This document shows, in pieces, positions 48,787 to 62,287 of a stretch of 64,000 bases of DNA. Positions within the stretch are counted from its first letter, which is position 1. Every line of letters starts with the position of its first letter. The DNA comes from Hypanus sabinus (taxonomy: Eukaryota). The stretch covers positions 146,382,001 through 146,446,000 of the forward strand of contig NC_082715.1 in NCBI RefSeq assembly GCF_030144855.1. Reading direction: 5' to 3'. The notes beneath the pieces were generated by a model. The model made no database searches. It saw only the letters and a list, made by a program, of their open reading frames with translations, and was not told the origin of the DNA. The position numbers were made by a program, and so were the translations under genes.

Positions 48787-51721
48787 CTATTTAAAACAAG
48801 GTGCCAGTTTAGTATAGGTTGAGTAATTGTTTCTGTTAAAACATCTCTTTGTTTAAAATGCATTTGGTATTTCATGTATTCCTTCAACTTAATGAACAAC
48901 TATTTATTTTCCGTTTTCCCATTTCAATCTGTTAAATTAAACGTGAAAAAATTACCACCTAAAATCTCCGGTGATGTTTGTTTTTTTGTGACACTGGGAG
49001 ACAATATGTATAGTGGCGTAAAACCAATGATTTCGGCTGGGGTTTTAACCAGCATTGAATGAATGAATGAAATTAATATATTTCGGTCAGTACGAAGATA
49101 ACAAAAAGCATAATTTAAAACGATGATTTCATAGGACAAAATTACAAGAAAAAACATAGATATTCTTTAAAACAGAGCGATAGGGTACAGCTTATGAAGC
49201 CAAACCCTCTTACTTACGTAACAACATATTTGGCGTCAATGATCACATCAAAAACAATTGACAATCTTTTTACACAGAATCCAATTCCAAATATCATATA
49301 TTTATATTACAACCATTCACTTTAAATCATATATTTTATATTTGTTCATTAAATAACTTAATCAATATTTTTTAAATTTGTTAAGTGTAGTGCATGTTTT
49401 TAAATTCTTACTACAACTGTTCTATAGATTCACCCCTCTGACTGAAATATAATGATTTTTCACATTTGTTCTTATCCTTTGATTTTGAAATATACATGTT
49501 CCTCTCAAATCATGTTGACTTTTTCTCATTCAAACAACCTTTGGATACTTTGTAGTTGTTGTCCATTGGATTCAGGTTGAATAAAAATCTGAGGTTATAC
49601 CTGGCTACTAATTGTGGCTTCCATTGGGACCTAAGCTTCCACCGTTTCTATTTCTACCTTAGACACCTTCACTTCATTCAAATCTTCAGTCATCAAGACA
49701 AGAGGCAGAAGTCTAATGCATGTTTTGCTTAAAATCGGGGATTAGTACACGGAGCTCTCTACCTTTTTAAAGTCATGGACCCCTATTATTAGCAGAGATA
49801 TGTATAGACCCGAGACTGGGAACCCCTTGAATAGCGAATTTAATTCTTCTTAGCCATCGGAATATAAAGTTTGCTTTGCGCAATATAAAATTACAGCATG
49901 TTTGTACAGTAAATCATTTTTGGACAGTTTAAGATGCATGTTGAAAGTTACACGCTTTGTTTCTGAAATATTATTTTTCAACTTAAAGCAAATAATTCAA
50001 ATTTGGTTTGTGGAGTGTAGCGGATCTTTCTACTTACACTCACCACTGACGAAACCATTTTCTTACAATGTTCACGACCGAGGTGGTAAATAAAGGGAAT
50101 ACAACTGTGTTCATCTAATATGGTTCAGAACTACCGCTCAACGTGGTTTACTTTCAGATTTTCAAGTAATTTCTCGTGCAAAGTTGAAAAGCTCACTGTT
50201 CTGTGGTTCAATTTTGTAGTGTAATGACAACTTTTATGATAGATTAATTCCTCTGATTTACTTCCCGTTATGCCGCTGTCGTTCGGGGCAGTAGTAAAGA
50301 TCCTCAATCTATGTCTATAGAAGGAGTCGCACACAGATAGAGAGGGATGTTTCATTGCGATTTCCGTAACAATCTTTGACCTGCCAGGGTTGTTATCCGT
50401 GAGGTGAACCCCAGAACCTGGATGGCGAAAGGAGAACTCTTAGTCTTAGTCTACCCTTTGACCTGCTGGGCATGGTTGACACTATCAAAAACCGAAGCGC
50501 AAGCCCATAATATTCGCCAACATTGCTCTCCGGGTCAATCAGCCACGCATGTCTTCAAACTCTTACGATACGGTAGTCCTCTTGAAAATTGATTTCCACA
50601 AGGTGACTGAAGTGCTCACGATTTTAAATTGCCAAGATTCAGTATCACAATTGGCAGAAAAGTCTGTCCGCCATGTTTGCACATATTGACATTCCAAAGT
50701 AAGGGAGAAATAATACCAACAGTTGAAAACATAAAATACTAAAAGGCGTCTGCTAATAACCATATAACCATGTAACAATTTCAGCATGGAAAAAGGCCAT
50801 CTCAGCCTTCCTCGTCCGTGCCGAACACTTACTCTAACCTAGTCCCACCTACTCGCACTCAGCCCATAACCCTCCAATCCTTTCCTGTCCATATACCTAT
50901 CCATTTTTTTTTAAATCACAATATCGAACCTGTCTCCACCACTTCTACTGGAAGCTCGTTCACACAGCTAGCACTCTCTGAGTAAAGAATTTCCCCCTCC
51001 TGTTATCCCTAAATTTTTGCCCCTTAACTCTCAAATCATGTCCTCTTGTTTGAAACTCCCCTGCCCTCAATGGAAAAAACCTATCCACGTCAAGTCTATC
51101 TGTCCCCCTCATAATTTTATCAAGACCACCCTCAAACGTCTACGTTCCCAAGAATAAAGACCTAACTTGTTCAACCTTTCTCTGTAACTTAGGTGCTGAA
51201 ACCCAGGTAACATTCTAGTAACTCTGCTCTGTACTCTCTCGATTTTGTTGATATCTTTCCTAAAATTCGGTGACCAGAACGATACACAATACTCCAAATT
51301 TGGCCTCTCCAATGCCTTGCGCAACTTTAACATTACATCCCAGCTCCGATACTCAATGCTCTGATTATAAATACCAGCATACCAAAAGCATTAAAGATTA
51401 AGAATTTCCATTCTAATGTCTGCGAGCTACGTTTCGAAGCCAGTTCTGGTCTTAAATGGTGCAAGATTTTTCAGATTTCATTCAGATTCAAATTTAACTC
51501 TATTACAGCAAAACACTGAAGGTTGGTTTAAAAATCTATTGGCAGTTTAATATAAACTTTTAACGGCTCAAACTGGCGATGAAAAAAAAAATAAATATAA
51601 AATAGGACAATGATTAATCTGGCAGTTAGTCGCCTCAGTGACATCTCACTGAGTTTCCCTGTAGTTGATGGACTAATTGATCAGTTGTTTTTGATATTCT
51701 GTTTCTCTGGGCAACTCAAGA

Positions 51722-51729
51722 ATTTGCAT
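51722..51729. promoter_or_regulatory. Intronic octamer, U4
   Basis: ATTTGCAT at the equivalent intron site. Confidence 0.35.
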
Positions 51730-52023
51730 TAACTTCCTTGTTCATCATTATCCATGTCTCTGATGGCAAATATCGTACGTTTTGTTATTTTTTCAAAAAA
51801 TTTAAGGAGACACACGAACAACTTGACGAAGGTGGCGAACGATATTAAAAAATCATATTTTCAGCGTGTCGGAGATAACTGTATAATGAGGAAAATTTCA
51901 GAAACATTCTAGATTATTGCATTGGAGCCAATCGCCTTCATCATCTATCTTTCTTCGTCTATGAAAGTTTGTGATTTTTAAAGAACACTCCAGGGTGTAG
52001 TGATCAGTAGCTAGCAGATAGGT

Positions 52024-54543
52024 GCAGAAGTAGACCATTCGGCCCCTCGAGTCTGCACCGCCATTCTGAGATCATGGCTGATCATTCACTATCAATACCC
52101 AGTCCCTGCCTTGTCCCCATATCCCTTGATTCCCCTATCCATCAGATATCTATCTAATTCCTTCTTGAAAGCATCCAGAGAATTGGCCTCCACCGTCTTC
52201 CGAGGCAGTGCATTCCACACCTCCACAACTCTCTGGGAGAAGAAGCTCTTCCTCAACTCTGTTTTAAATAACTGACCTCTTCTTCTCAATCCATGCCCTC
52301 TGGTTCTGGACTCTCCCAACATCTGGAATTTATTTCCTGCCTCAATCCTATCAAATCCTTTAATTATCTTAAACGTTTCAATCAGATTCCCTCTCAATCT
52401 CCTCAATTCCAGCGTGTACAAGCCCAATCTCTCCAATCTCTCTGCGTAAGACAGCCCTGCCACCCCAGGAATCAACCTAGTGAATCTACGCTGCACTTCC
52501 TCAATTGCCAGAATGTCCTTCCTTAAACCTGGAGAACAAAACTGTACACAATATTCCAGGTGTGGTCTCACCAGGGCCCTGTACAAATGCAAAAGGACAT
52601 CCTTGCTCTTGTACTCAATTCACCTTGTAACAAAGGCCAACATTCTACTTGCCCTCTTCACTGCCTGATGCACTTGCTCATTCACCTTCATTGACTGGTG
52701 AACTAGGACTCCTAGGTCTCTTTGCATTTCTCCCTTACCTAACTCGACACCGTTCAGACAATACTCTGCCCTCTTGTTCCTGCTTCCAAAGTGGATAACT
52801 TCACATTTATTCACATTGAATGACATCTGCCAAGTATCTGCCCACTCACCCAGCCTATCCAAGTCTCCCTGTATTCTCCTAACGTCCTCTTCGCATGTCA
52901 CACTGCCACCCAGTTTAGTATCGTCAGCAAACTTGCTGATATAGTTTTCAATGCCCTCATCTAAATCGTTGACATAAATCGTAAAGAGCTGTGGTCCCAA
53001 TACAGAGCCCTGAGGTAACCCACTAGTCACCTCCATCCAGTCCGAGAAACACCCATTCTCTGCTACCCTTTGCTTTCGATCTGCCAACCAGTTTTCTATC
53101 CATGTTGAAACCCTGCCCCCAATGCCATGAGCTCTGATTTTACTCACCAATCTCCTATGTGGCACCTTATCGAATGCCTTCTGAAAATCTAGGTACACAA
53201 CATCCACTGGTTTACCCTCGTCTAACATCCTTGTTACACCCTAAAAAAACTCCAACAGATTAGTAAAACATGATTTGCCCTTGGGAAATCCGTGCTGGCT
53301 CGGCCTAATCCTATTTCAAGATGTGCCACTATTTCGTCCTTAATAATGGACTCAAGCATCTTCCCCACGACTGACGTTAGGCTAACAGGGCGATAGTTCT
53401 CCGTTTTCTCCTTCCCTCCCTTCGTGAAAAGTGGGATAACATTAGCCACTCTCCAATCTTCAGGAACTGACTCTGAATCTAAGGAACATTGGAAAATGAT
53501 TACCAATGCATCCGCAATTTCTTGAGCCACCTCTTTTAGAACCCTCGGATGCAGACCATCTGGACCCAGGATTTATTAGCCTTCAGTCCTACCAGTCTAC
53601 TCATCACAGTTTCTTTCCTAATGTCAATCTGTCTCAATTCCTCTGATATCTTATGACCCTGGCCCATCCATACATCTGGGAGATTGCTTGTGTCCTCCCT
53701 GGTGAAGACAGATCTAAAGTACGCATTAAATTCTGTTGCCATTTCCCTGTTTCCCTTAACAATTTCTCCCAATTCATTCTTCAAGGGGCCAACATTGTTC
53801 TTAACTATTTTCTTTCTCTTCACATAGCTAAAAAAGCTTTTGCTATCCCCTTTTATATTCCTGGCTAGACTGAGCTCATACCTGATTTTTTTCTCTCCGT
53901 ATTGCTTTTTTAGTTAAGATCTGCTGTTCCTTAAAACTTTCCCAATCATCTGTATTCCCACTCATCTTAGCCCTGTCATACTTCTTTTTCTTTAATGCTA
54001 TACAATCTCTGACTTCCTTTGTCAACCACTGTGGCCCCTTCCCCCTCTTTGAATCCTTCCTTCTCATTGGAATGAACTGCTTTTGCATCTTTTGTATTAT
54101 CCCCAAGAATATCTGCCACTGCTGATCCACTGTCTTTCCTGCCAGGGCATCCGCCCATTTAAATTTGGCCAGCTCTTCCCTCATGGTTCCGTAGTCTCCT
54201 TTATTTAATTGCAACACTGACACCTCTGATCTGCCCTTATCCCTCTCAAATTGTAGATAAAAACTTATCATGTTATGATCACTACTTCCTAATGGCTCCT
54301 TTACTTCAAGATCACTTATCAATTCCTGTTGATTAGACATCACCAAGTCCAAAATAGCCTCGTTCCTGGTTGGCTCAAGCACAAGCTGTTCGAAAAATAC
54401 ATCCCTTAGACACTCCACAAACTCCCTATCCTGGGGTCCAGCACCTACCTGATTCTCCCAGTTCACCTGCATGTTGAAATCTCCGATAACGACTGCATTA
54501 CCTTTAGCACATGCCAATGTTAACTCCCTAATCAACTTGTACC
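52024..54543 (-). mobile_element. Young CR1-clade LINE (about 2.5 kb, 5'-truncated) in the U4 J-C intron
   Basis: ORFs 52092-54619 give APE remnant and RT (DFQKAFDKVPH, FADDTKLGG); 3' end nearly identical to the U1 CR1; CAGATAGGT on both sides (52015-52023, 54544-54552). Confidence 0.92.
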
Positions 54544-54913
54544 CAGATAGGTTAGGGTTCAGACGGGAATCAGCCCAAAATTGTGTCATCAGCAAAGGTG
54601 CATCCACCAACTGACGCAATTAAAATTCGGGAATTTAGGATTATACTTATATACTAATGATAGAAATAATTCTGCACCTGGTTTAGCAATTAGCATTTCT
54701 GCTTCTACAAAGCCAGCTCAAACTATAGAAACAACAGAGCGGCATTTGGCGGTTCGGCCGCGCGAGTTCAATTAAATTATCAAAGGACCGTTACTCGTGG
54801 CTGGATATTTGAAAACAGCCACCATTTGTTTCGAAGCCACCCTTAGAAGACACAGTTTTAATTATTGTTCACGTAAGTACCAAAAGGACAAGCGCATTGA
54901 TTTGATCTTTTAC

Positions 54914-55152
54914 TGCCAACTCCCAGCCTCGTTCCTTTGCCGAAGATGTTAACATTATTTATCCCCACCGCACAGTAATAGTCTGCCGCATCCTCCGACT
55001 GGACGCTCGATATTGTCAATGTTGCCGTGTTGACGGATACTGAGCCGTCGAAATGGTTCGGAACTCGGTAGCCTCGGTAAATGCTGCTCCCCGAATAATA
55101 CCAGAACAGATACCGAGGAACCTTTCCGGGAATCTGCTGGTAGCAGGAAACA
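54914..55152 (-). pseudogene. IGLV: U4 germline-joined VJ pseudogene, 5'-truncated
   Basis: VSCYQQIPGKVPRYLFWYYSGSSIYRGYRVPNHFDGSVSVNTATLTISSVQSEDAADYYC-AVGINNVNI-FGKGTRLGVG; conserved Trp changed to Cys; donor gtaaaa; FR1, CDR1, leader and promoter deleted (576 nt relative to U3). Confidence 0.93.
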
Positions 55153-56292
55153 TACGCAAACTCGCTCCAATATTAAAGATGGTATGTCCGAGATTTTTGA
55201 AACCAAGAGATGATGAGAAAAGTACTGGTAATTATTAACGGGTCTGTCGGATTGTCAAGGAAGGCCAAGCCACTTACCTGTATATTTTTAGAAAACTCAG
55301 TACCAATCCGATGTACAGAGCTTGCAAAGATTTTTGAAAGCTTATTTTTCAGCTGCTCCCTAATCACTCCACTTTAGTGAAGATATTCAGAAGGAAAATT
55401 GAGAGAGGTATTGAATCGAGCAGACTGCTTATTGCGTGTTGTGAATAATTAAAAGTGAATCAATTGGATTCAGCTGGTGCCGAGGGTAGTTCACTATAAA
55501 TTCTTACAACCTTAAGTCAATATGGGGAACTATATTTGCATGTCACCACAGGTGCCTTATTCCATTTAATGTACATAGCATATAGCAAGGTGAAGATTAC
55601 TCTCTGCCTAAGGAGATGTAAGGCGTTCCGTCCCACCGCTAGCCTGCAGGTCACCCTGTCACAGCTGCTTAGCCCCGCGATCAATGTCACGTGATGCAGT
55701 CGAGCAGGCAGCGTAAGGTCGTATGAGCAACTGGTGCATAGCAGAAGGCCTGGTTATGCGACCACTGACCACAGGCAGACAATCTCTGAAGAGTATTGAC
55801 AATGGCTGTGTTCAACCGACTTGAAAAGAAACTGCCTGGGAGAAAGAAATGGCAACCACTTCTGCAGAAAAATTGCAAAATATAATCTTGAGATAGATCG
55901 CCCACGTCATACAACGGTGCCCATTATGCTGATGATGTGTTTATAAGAATTAAGCAGACATTCTGGAAGTGAATGTTTTAATTTTTTTCGTCTCACAGAT
56001 CAGGCAGTACAGGGAAATAAATGCTTCGGTCTTAATAATCGTCAAAACAACGAACATAGCAAATTACGAAGGATATAGGTTTGGGACATGAAGAGCTATT
56101 AGCAGAATAATGCAGTGTAGATCAGGTATATAAGCCATGAATGTTGTTATCCTATTTTCAGAGACTTCCCTCACTCCTCAGAGAAGAGAAGAATAAACTC
56201 TACAGTTTTGTGTCATTTTCAGGGGCATAAAAAGAAAGGAAGTTTAACGCAATGGAATTGAAAGCGACAGATAGAATAGATTATGCCAGGCC

Positions 56293-58061
56293 CAAAAGGC
56301 ATAAAACAATTGTTCAAAAATAAATCAGAAAATCTTAGCAATCCCTTAGTTTTCCAAGCCAATTAAGCTTGATCTATAATGGAAGGGTGGAAAAAGCAAT
56401 TAAATGCAATAGGACTACTTAAAACGAATTGAGTCAACACGAAAAATTTCCGAAATTGAAACCATATACGTAAAGTATGTTTAACTATCGGGTTGTCAAT
56501 TCGTTTCGGCAATTTAGAGAGAGCAAAAGGGAGAGAAATCCCTAAAATAGAACCCAGAGCATAACCTGATACAGATTTAATTTCTAAACTCATCCAATGA
56601 GGGCCAAACGATCCACCCCAATCTTTCAACCAACATGACAAATATCTAATATTAACTGCCCAATAATAAAACCTGAAATTTGGTAATGCTAACCCGCCTT
56701 CCTTCTTTGTCTTCTGTAAATATATTTTACCTAACCTGGGATTTTTATTTTGCCATATAAATGAGGAATATATATATATTTGGACAGTTGTTTTATGTCT
56801 TTTGAGCAATTATCCAACAAATATAACTTGCCTAGATTTCATTTTTTTTTAGATTTTTACAGATTAGACATTTTTTAAGTACTGTACTCCCTACGTTTCC
56901 AAATTTTGTGCCTTCAAATATTTTGGAGAGTTTGTTTGAATTAGACCCTTTTCAAAAAGGGCTTATTTCAAAACTTTATAATATAATTGTGAAGATACGT
57001 TCAGAGCCCCTTTATAAGACCAAAATGGATTGGGAGAGAGAGCTTAACCTTATTATTCCTAGTGAGAATTGGGATAGAATTCTTCAGTTAGTTAATACGT
57101 CATCGATATGTGCCAAACATTCATTAATACAATTTAAGGTCGTACATAGGGCCCATATGTCCAAGGATAAATTAGCTCATTTTTACTCTTACATAAATCC
57201 TATTTGTGATAGATGTCAATCTGAAAACCCGACTCTAACTCATATGTTTTGGTCATGTTCGCTTTTGAAAAAATATTGGAAATATATTTTTGATATTATT
57301 TCTGCAGTTTTGAATATTGATTTACAACCTCATCCTATTACCGCAATTTTTGGTTTACCAATGATGGACTCACTGCATTTATCTTCTTCCGCCCGTCCAA
57401 TGATTGCATTTCTAACTCTGATGGCTAGAAGATCTATATTTTTGAATTGGAAGGAAATTAACCCTCCCACTGTATTTAATTGGTCTCTCAAACTATGTTA
57501 TGTTTAAATTTAGAAAAAATTAGAAGTGGTGTTTTTGATACTTCTATTAAATTTGAAAAGATATGGAGACCATTTATTCAATATTTTCATATGATGTAAT
57601 ATGACCACGTTCCAAGTTCATTTGACTTTCCAGCTTTTAGGTTATGTATGTTGAGAGGACCGGAAGTGACGGCACTGATGTTTATTTATTCTTGTGAGAT
57701 ATTAAAAACATCCCATTTTTTCTCCCAACGTTTCTTTTTTTTTCTTCTTTTTTATTGCTTCTCTTTTCTGCTTTATTAGTCATTAGATTATTAGATTAGT
57801 TAATTGTGCATTATGTATATATATTTTTTTCTTTTTTCTGTTTTTTTATATCATATATTATGAAATATCTAGACTTAGCATGTTCATACATATACTGTAT
57901 GGTTTATGTCTTGGTAAAGCCATTTATACTGTAACTATTGTTTATGTCTTTTTTCATCTGTAATGGAATTTGTATGTTTGTAATTTTTTAAATTAATATA
58001 TCATTTGTATTTTGTCCTCATGATTAATAATAATAATAAAAAGATTGAGAAAGAATGAAAA
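56293..58061 (+). mobile_element. Second L1-clade LINE fragment with 5' inversion and 15-bp TSD
   Basis: Inverted part 56293-~56770 (GGLALPNFRFYYWA), forward part ~56779-58061 (CDRC...HMFWSC, T-rich 3' UTR, A-rich tail); TSD AGATTATGCCAGGCC at 56278-56292 and 58062-58076. Confidence 0.93.
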
Positions 58062-59074
58062 AGATTATGCCAGGCCTTTCGAGTGCCTCCAGAACTTTGA
58101 AGGTGGAGCTAACCTGGGATATGGGGATATCTCTCAATTCCTGTCGGACCACATAATTAGAATCTGTCAACCAGCAGCTAACCAAATATCTCAAAGCAAC
58201 ACAGATTTTAAAGGGCGATTTTCGAACCCAAAAGTTCATGTCCTCTTTGCAACTGATTTTTACATAAGAAAACGAGTCAGTGAACTTATTCTGTCAATAG
58301 GTAAGTGGCAGAACTCTTTCGGAATAATATACAGAGTCGCCATCATGTGTCCGCTAATTCCAAAGAGAAAACCACTGAGATTTGTTGCTTGCACCTTAAA
58401 TTCATCTATATGCACATTAACAAAACACCGAATGAGATTAACTTGAAGGGAACAGCTGCATTTAAACCTTGAGCACACAACTCTAATAGAAATAAGTACA
58501 TTGATGTTACCAAATGGAGCGAACAATTGCAAGTCTTCTATCATGTATTAGCATGATGAACAACAGAAACGACCGTTTCCGCGGAGCTTTGTTGCGCCTC
58601 ACCGTAGATTACTGTGGTACAGGTGTCATAAGCCCTGCGAACGTGGAAAGAACATACATGATGCGAATTCTATTTGTTGTTACAATAACATTAATCAAAA
58701 TTGCCTGAAGGAACTTTAATCATTTGCATTAAACTTAGTTACATTTGCAGCAATCATCTAAATAAACTACTGAATTTGGGCTATTATTTGGAGATATTAA
58801 CTGCTGCGTTGGGTTGCATGGCTGGAACATCCCTCCACAACTTTATATAATCGATATGTTTCCACAGTAATCGATGCAGCAGGTTTCAGGTTATCTCCCA
58901 ATAGCCAAACCGCGCTGTTTCTGATCTGGGAGTATTTGACAGAGTTGTGTGGAGGGTAATATAGTTTGCATCTGATTCTTGAGTTAATTTTCTGTGAATG
59001 CTTCATTGTGTACGGACCAAGTTAGTGCATGAATTAGGTACAGAGCAAATCTCCTTTACTTTCTCCAATTATTA

Positions 59075-61190
59075 TGTCCTTGAATTTGCAATTCATATCT
59101 TTTTCTATTCATATCAATTTGCAAGTAAAATTCATATCTGTACGTTTTCCTTTCACAAACTCCAAGCATACGAATATGGTGAGGTTAAAACATATTAATT
59201 TCACTTACAATATCGCCGTAAACACTGGCTGGGCCAGGATAGCACGAGGTAGATCGAAAGAAAAGCAGCTGCACTGACCGTTAGCAGTAACAATCTTCAG
59301 CAGAATACAGAAATACAGAATTTAGTTAAACGGGTCCATTTTTTCTATTGCAGGATCAGAATCGACTTCCTGTTGGGAAATGAGACTTGACAAGCGACTG
59401 GTGGTGTCGGTTTGGAACCAGTCACCATAATTCCATTAGATTTTAAACAACTTTTGAGAAAGAGACACTTTTAGTTCTGAAGTTAAATGCCTAACTTTGA
59501 GCAAAGTAAAATTTGATGGGATTAGACCGGAACTCTCAAAGATCAATTCGGAGAAGCCGTTAGCAGGCATAGTGAAGTTTGGCAAGTCGGAAGCTTTTGA
59601 AAATGGGATACAGAGAATTCAAGGCCAATATAGCAGTGAACGGCAAGGTAGGTAGTATTCAGGAGCCCTAAATAATGGCGGGAAATTGAAGTCTGTTGAA
59701 CAGAATGGAATAGCCGTCTGGGATGTAGCAAAAACTGTTGGGAAAACGAGGAATGCTGGAGTCCAGTTAATGACGAAATCAAGAGCGAAAACGGCCATAA
59801 GACGTCCTTGACGGGTAAGTTGATCATAAGAGATTCTTTAAATATATAAAAAAACAAAAGAAGGAGCTGGGGAGACAAATGGCCCACTTTGGAATTAGTT
59901 TGTTTGTCGAGACAAAGGAGGACCTAAATGAATGCTTCTATTCTACTTTAATGAGGAAAAGTCGTGGAAGCGGGAAAGCTCAAGGACGAGCAGACTGATG
60001 CCCTGAAAGGTAATGATATAAAGCAAAATCGATGTTTCTGTTTTTGAAGAGGAGAACGATGAATAAACCCTTGATCTTGCTCTCTGTATCCAAAAACGTG
60101 TAGCGAGCTTGGGTGCAGTTTGCTAGATCTTTTGCAGAGACTTGTTGTGTCTTTGTTAACCACAGGTGTTCAAGACAATGAGAAGCTGTATAAGATAACG
60201 AGAGGCATTGATCATGTTGGTAGTCAGAGGCTTTTTCCCAGGGCTAAAATGGCTAGCACGAGAGGGCACAGTTCTCAGGGGCTTGGAAGTAGGTACAAAA
60301 GAGATGTCAGGGGTAGATTTTTTTACACAGAGAGTGGTGAGTGCGTGGAATGGCCTGCCGGCTGCGGTGATGGAAGCGGAAATGATAGGGTTTTTAAAGA
60401 TACTCCTGGACAGGTACATGGAGCTTAGAAAAACAGAGGCTAATGGGTAGGCCTATGTAGTTCTGAGGTGTTCAGCACAGTTTTGTGGGCCGAAGTGCCT
60501 GAACTGTGCTGTAGCTTTTCTATGCCTGTACGTTTCTAGATGTGGTTTGGAAACCTAAAGGTTAGCTGATGTTGCCTCTTTATTTAAGCGAAACTTTAAG
60601 GATAAGCAACGGAATTACAGCCTTGTACTCCCAACATTAGTGGTGGGAAAGTTACTGCCGCTAATTCTGCGAGACAGGATCTATACGCACATGGAAAGGC
60701 AAGTAATGCTTAGGAACAGTAAAGTGGTTTTGTGCGTTAGAAGTCACAGATCCCGAATTTACATTGCTGTTTTAAAGATGGCACCGAAATGATTGATGTG
60801 AGCATGGTAGTAGTTTACCACATGGAATGGACGTCTTGAATTATAATGAACCACTGGGACATTCTGGGATTGCTTTCCTTTAACGCATGTAGGCTGGTAT
60901 TGACATTATAGAGGTTTATTAAATCGTGACGGGAATATATAGGGTGAAAGGTCAAAGTGCATTTCCCGTTTACACGGCTCCTAAAATCGGAGTGGATGGG
61001 CTTAAGGTGAGAGGGGAATATCAAAGAGGACCTATGGATAAGTGTCCATCGCAAAGGTGGTGACGATGTGGAAATACCTGCCAGAGGAAGTGACAGGCGC
61101 AGCAACAATTTCGAGGTTTAAAATCCGCTTGGAGATGAGCACCGATAGGAAATGTTTCAAGAGATACAGAGAAAATGTAGGTGAATCGGT
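59075..61190. mobile_element. Block of old CR1 fragments present only in U4
   Basis: Degenerate CR1-like sequence (e.g. 60120-60480) between flanks that are adjacent in U1 (about 7875) and U3 (about 34445). Confidence 0.55.
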
Positions 61191-61967
61191 CCAGCTCAAG
61201 AAGACTGCTTATTCAGTATAACTGGTGAGCCCAAGAATTCGGGAATTGATCGCAATGTAATGTAAAGGCGTTTATCGATCCGATACTACATTAGTCGTTT
61301 CGAGCAGAAGGAGCTCGTTAACCATGCTTGGCAGCTCATCTCGGAGAAGGAACACTCAGATCTCAAATCTCCGATGCCTTGCGGCTATGCCAACACATGG
61401 GGAAAGGCTCGGAGAAAACCCCGGTATCCCGGTTCAATTAGTTAAAACCCATGCAGCAGAGCGACCTCCAGTCTTCTTGTACAGTCAAGGATCTAGATGA
61501 CGACATTTCTCTGTTAAACTGGTAGTTGATGTGCAACTGATAATCCACATTAAAATAAATATTAGGTCATAGAAATAAATAAATATATATATTCGAATTG
61601 TTCCTGCAACTGCGCTGCCGATTCGGGCACGGGAAGGTCTGAGAATTGCACTGCAGATAGTTCATTGATTAAAAAAAAATTAAGTTATAAATATTGTCCA
61701 GAGGAATGATCTCCCTCGCTCCTGCTTCTCTTGAAAATGACCCTCCCAAAGGTCGTGTACTGTCACCTCACCTACGTAATGCCGATTGTTTGACACGCAT
61801 TCGGCACCTTTCTACAAGGTCAGTCTACGTTTTCCAAACATCTTCAGTGTGGGACTTTAACCCGCAACTTGCCATTCGAGAGGCCGCAGGTCAAACCATC
61901 AAATAATAAATGACTGACTGACGATTTGTTATCGTTCTTTAATATGGACATTTCTTTGTCACTCCAG

Positions 61968-62287
61968 GTGGAAATTGTCTGCCCTTCGATTGCTGTTCTT
62001 CCACCCGAGATTGAAGGACAGATTGTGACTGTATTGTGACTAGTCAATAACTATTCTCTTAGACAGGTGGAGGTGTCTGAGAAATGGACCAGAATGTCGT
62101 TGCTGGTGTCCAGACAACCCGAGCCGTCCGGGATACCCACCAGACCTACATCCTCAACTGTTACCTCACGCTGATCGCCTCCCAGTGGAACTCACAAGAA
62201 AAGTGCTCTGGTGAAGTTCCACGATTGATTCCTTTCTGTTTGCAAGCGGCTTTCTTACGGTCGTACTTTACATTATGGCGGAATAAG
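61968..62287 (+). pseudogene. Inverted C1-set pseudo-exon, U4 copy
   Basis: Acceptor tttctttgtcactccag| intact; TGA at the first-Cys position; second Cys changed to Gly; AATAAG at 62282-62287. Confidence 0.75.
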
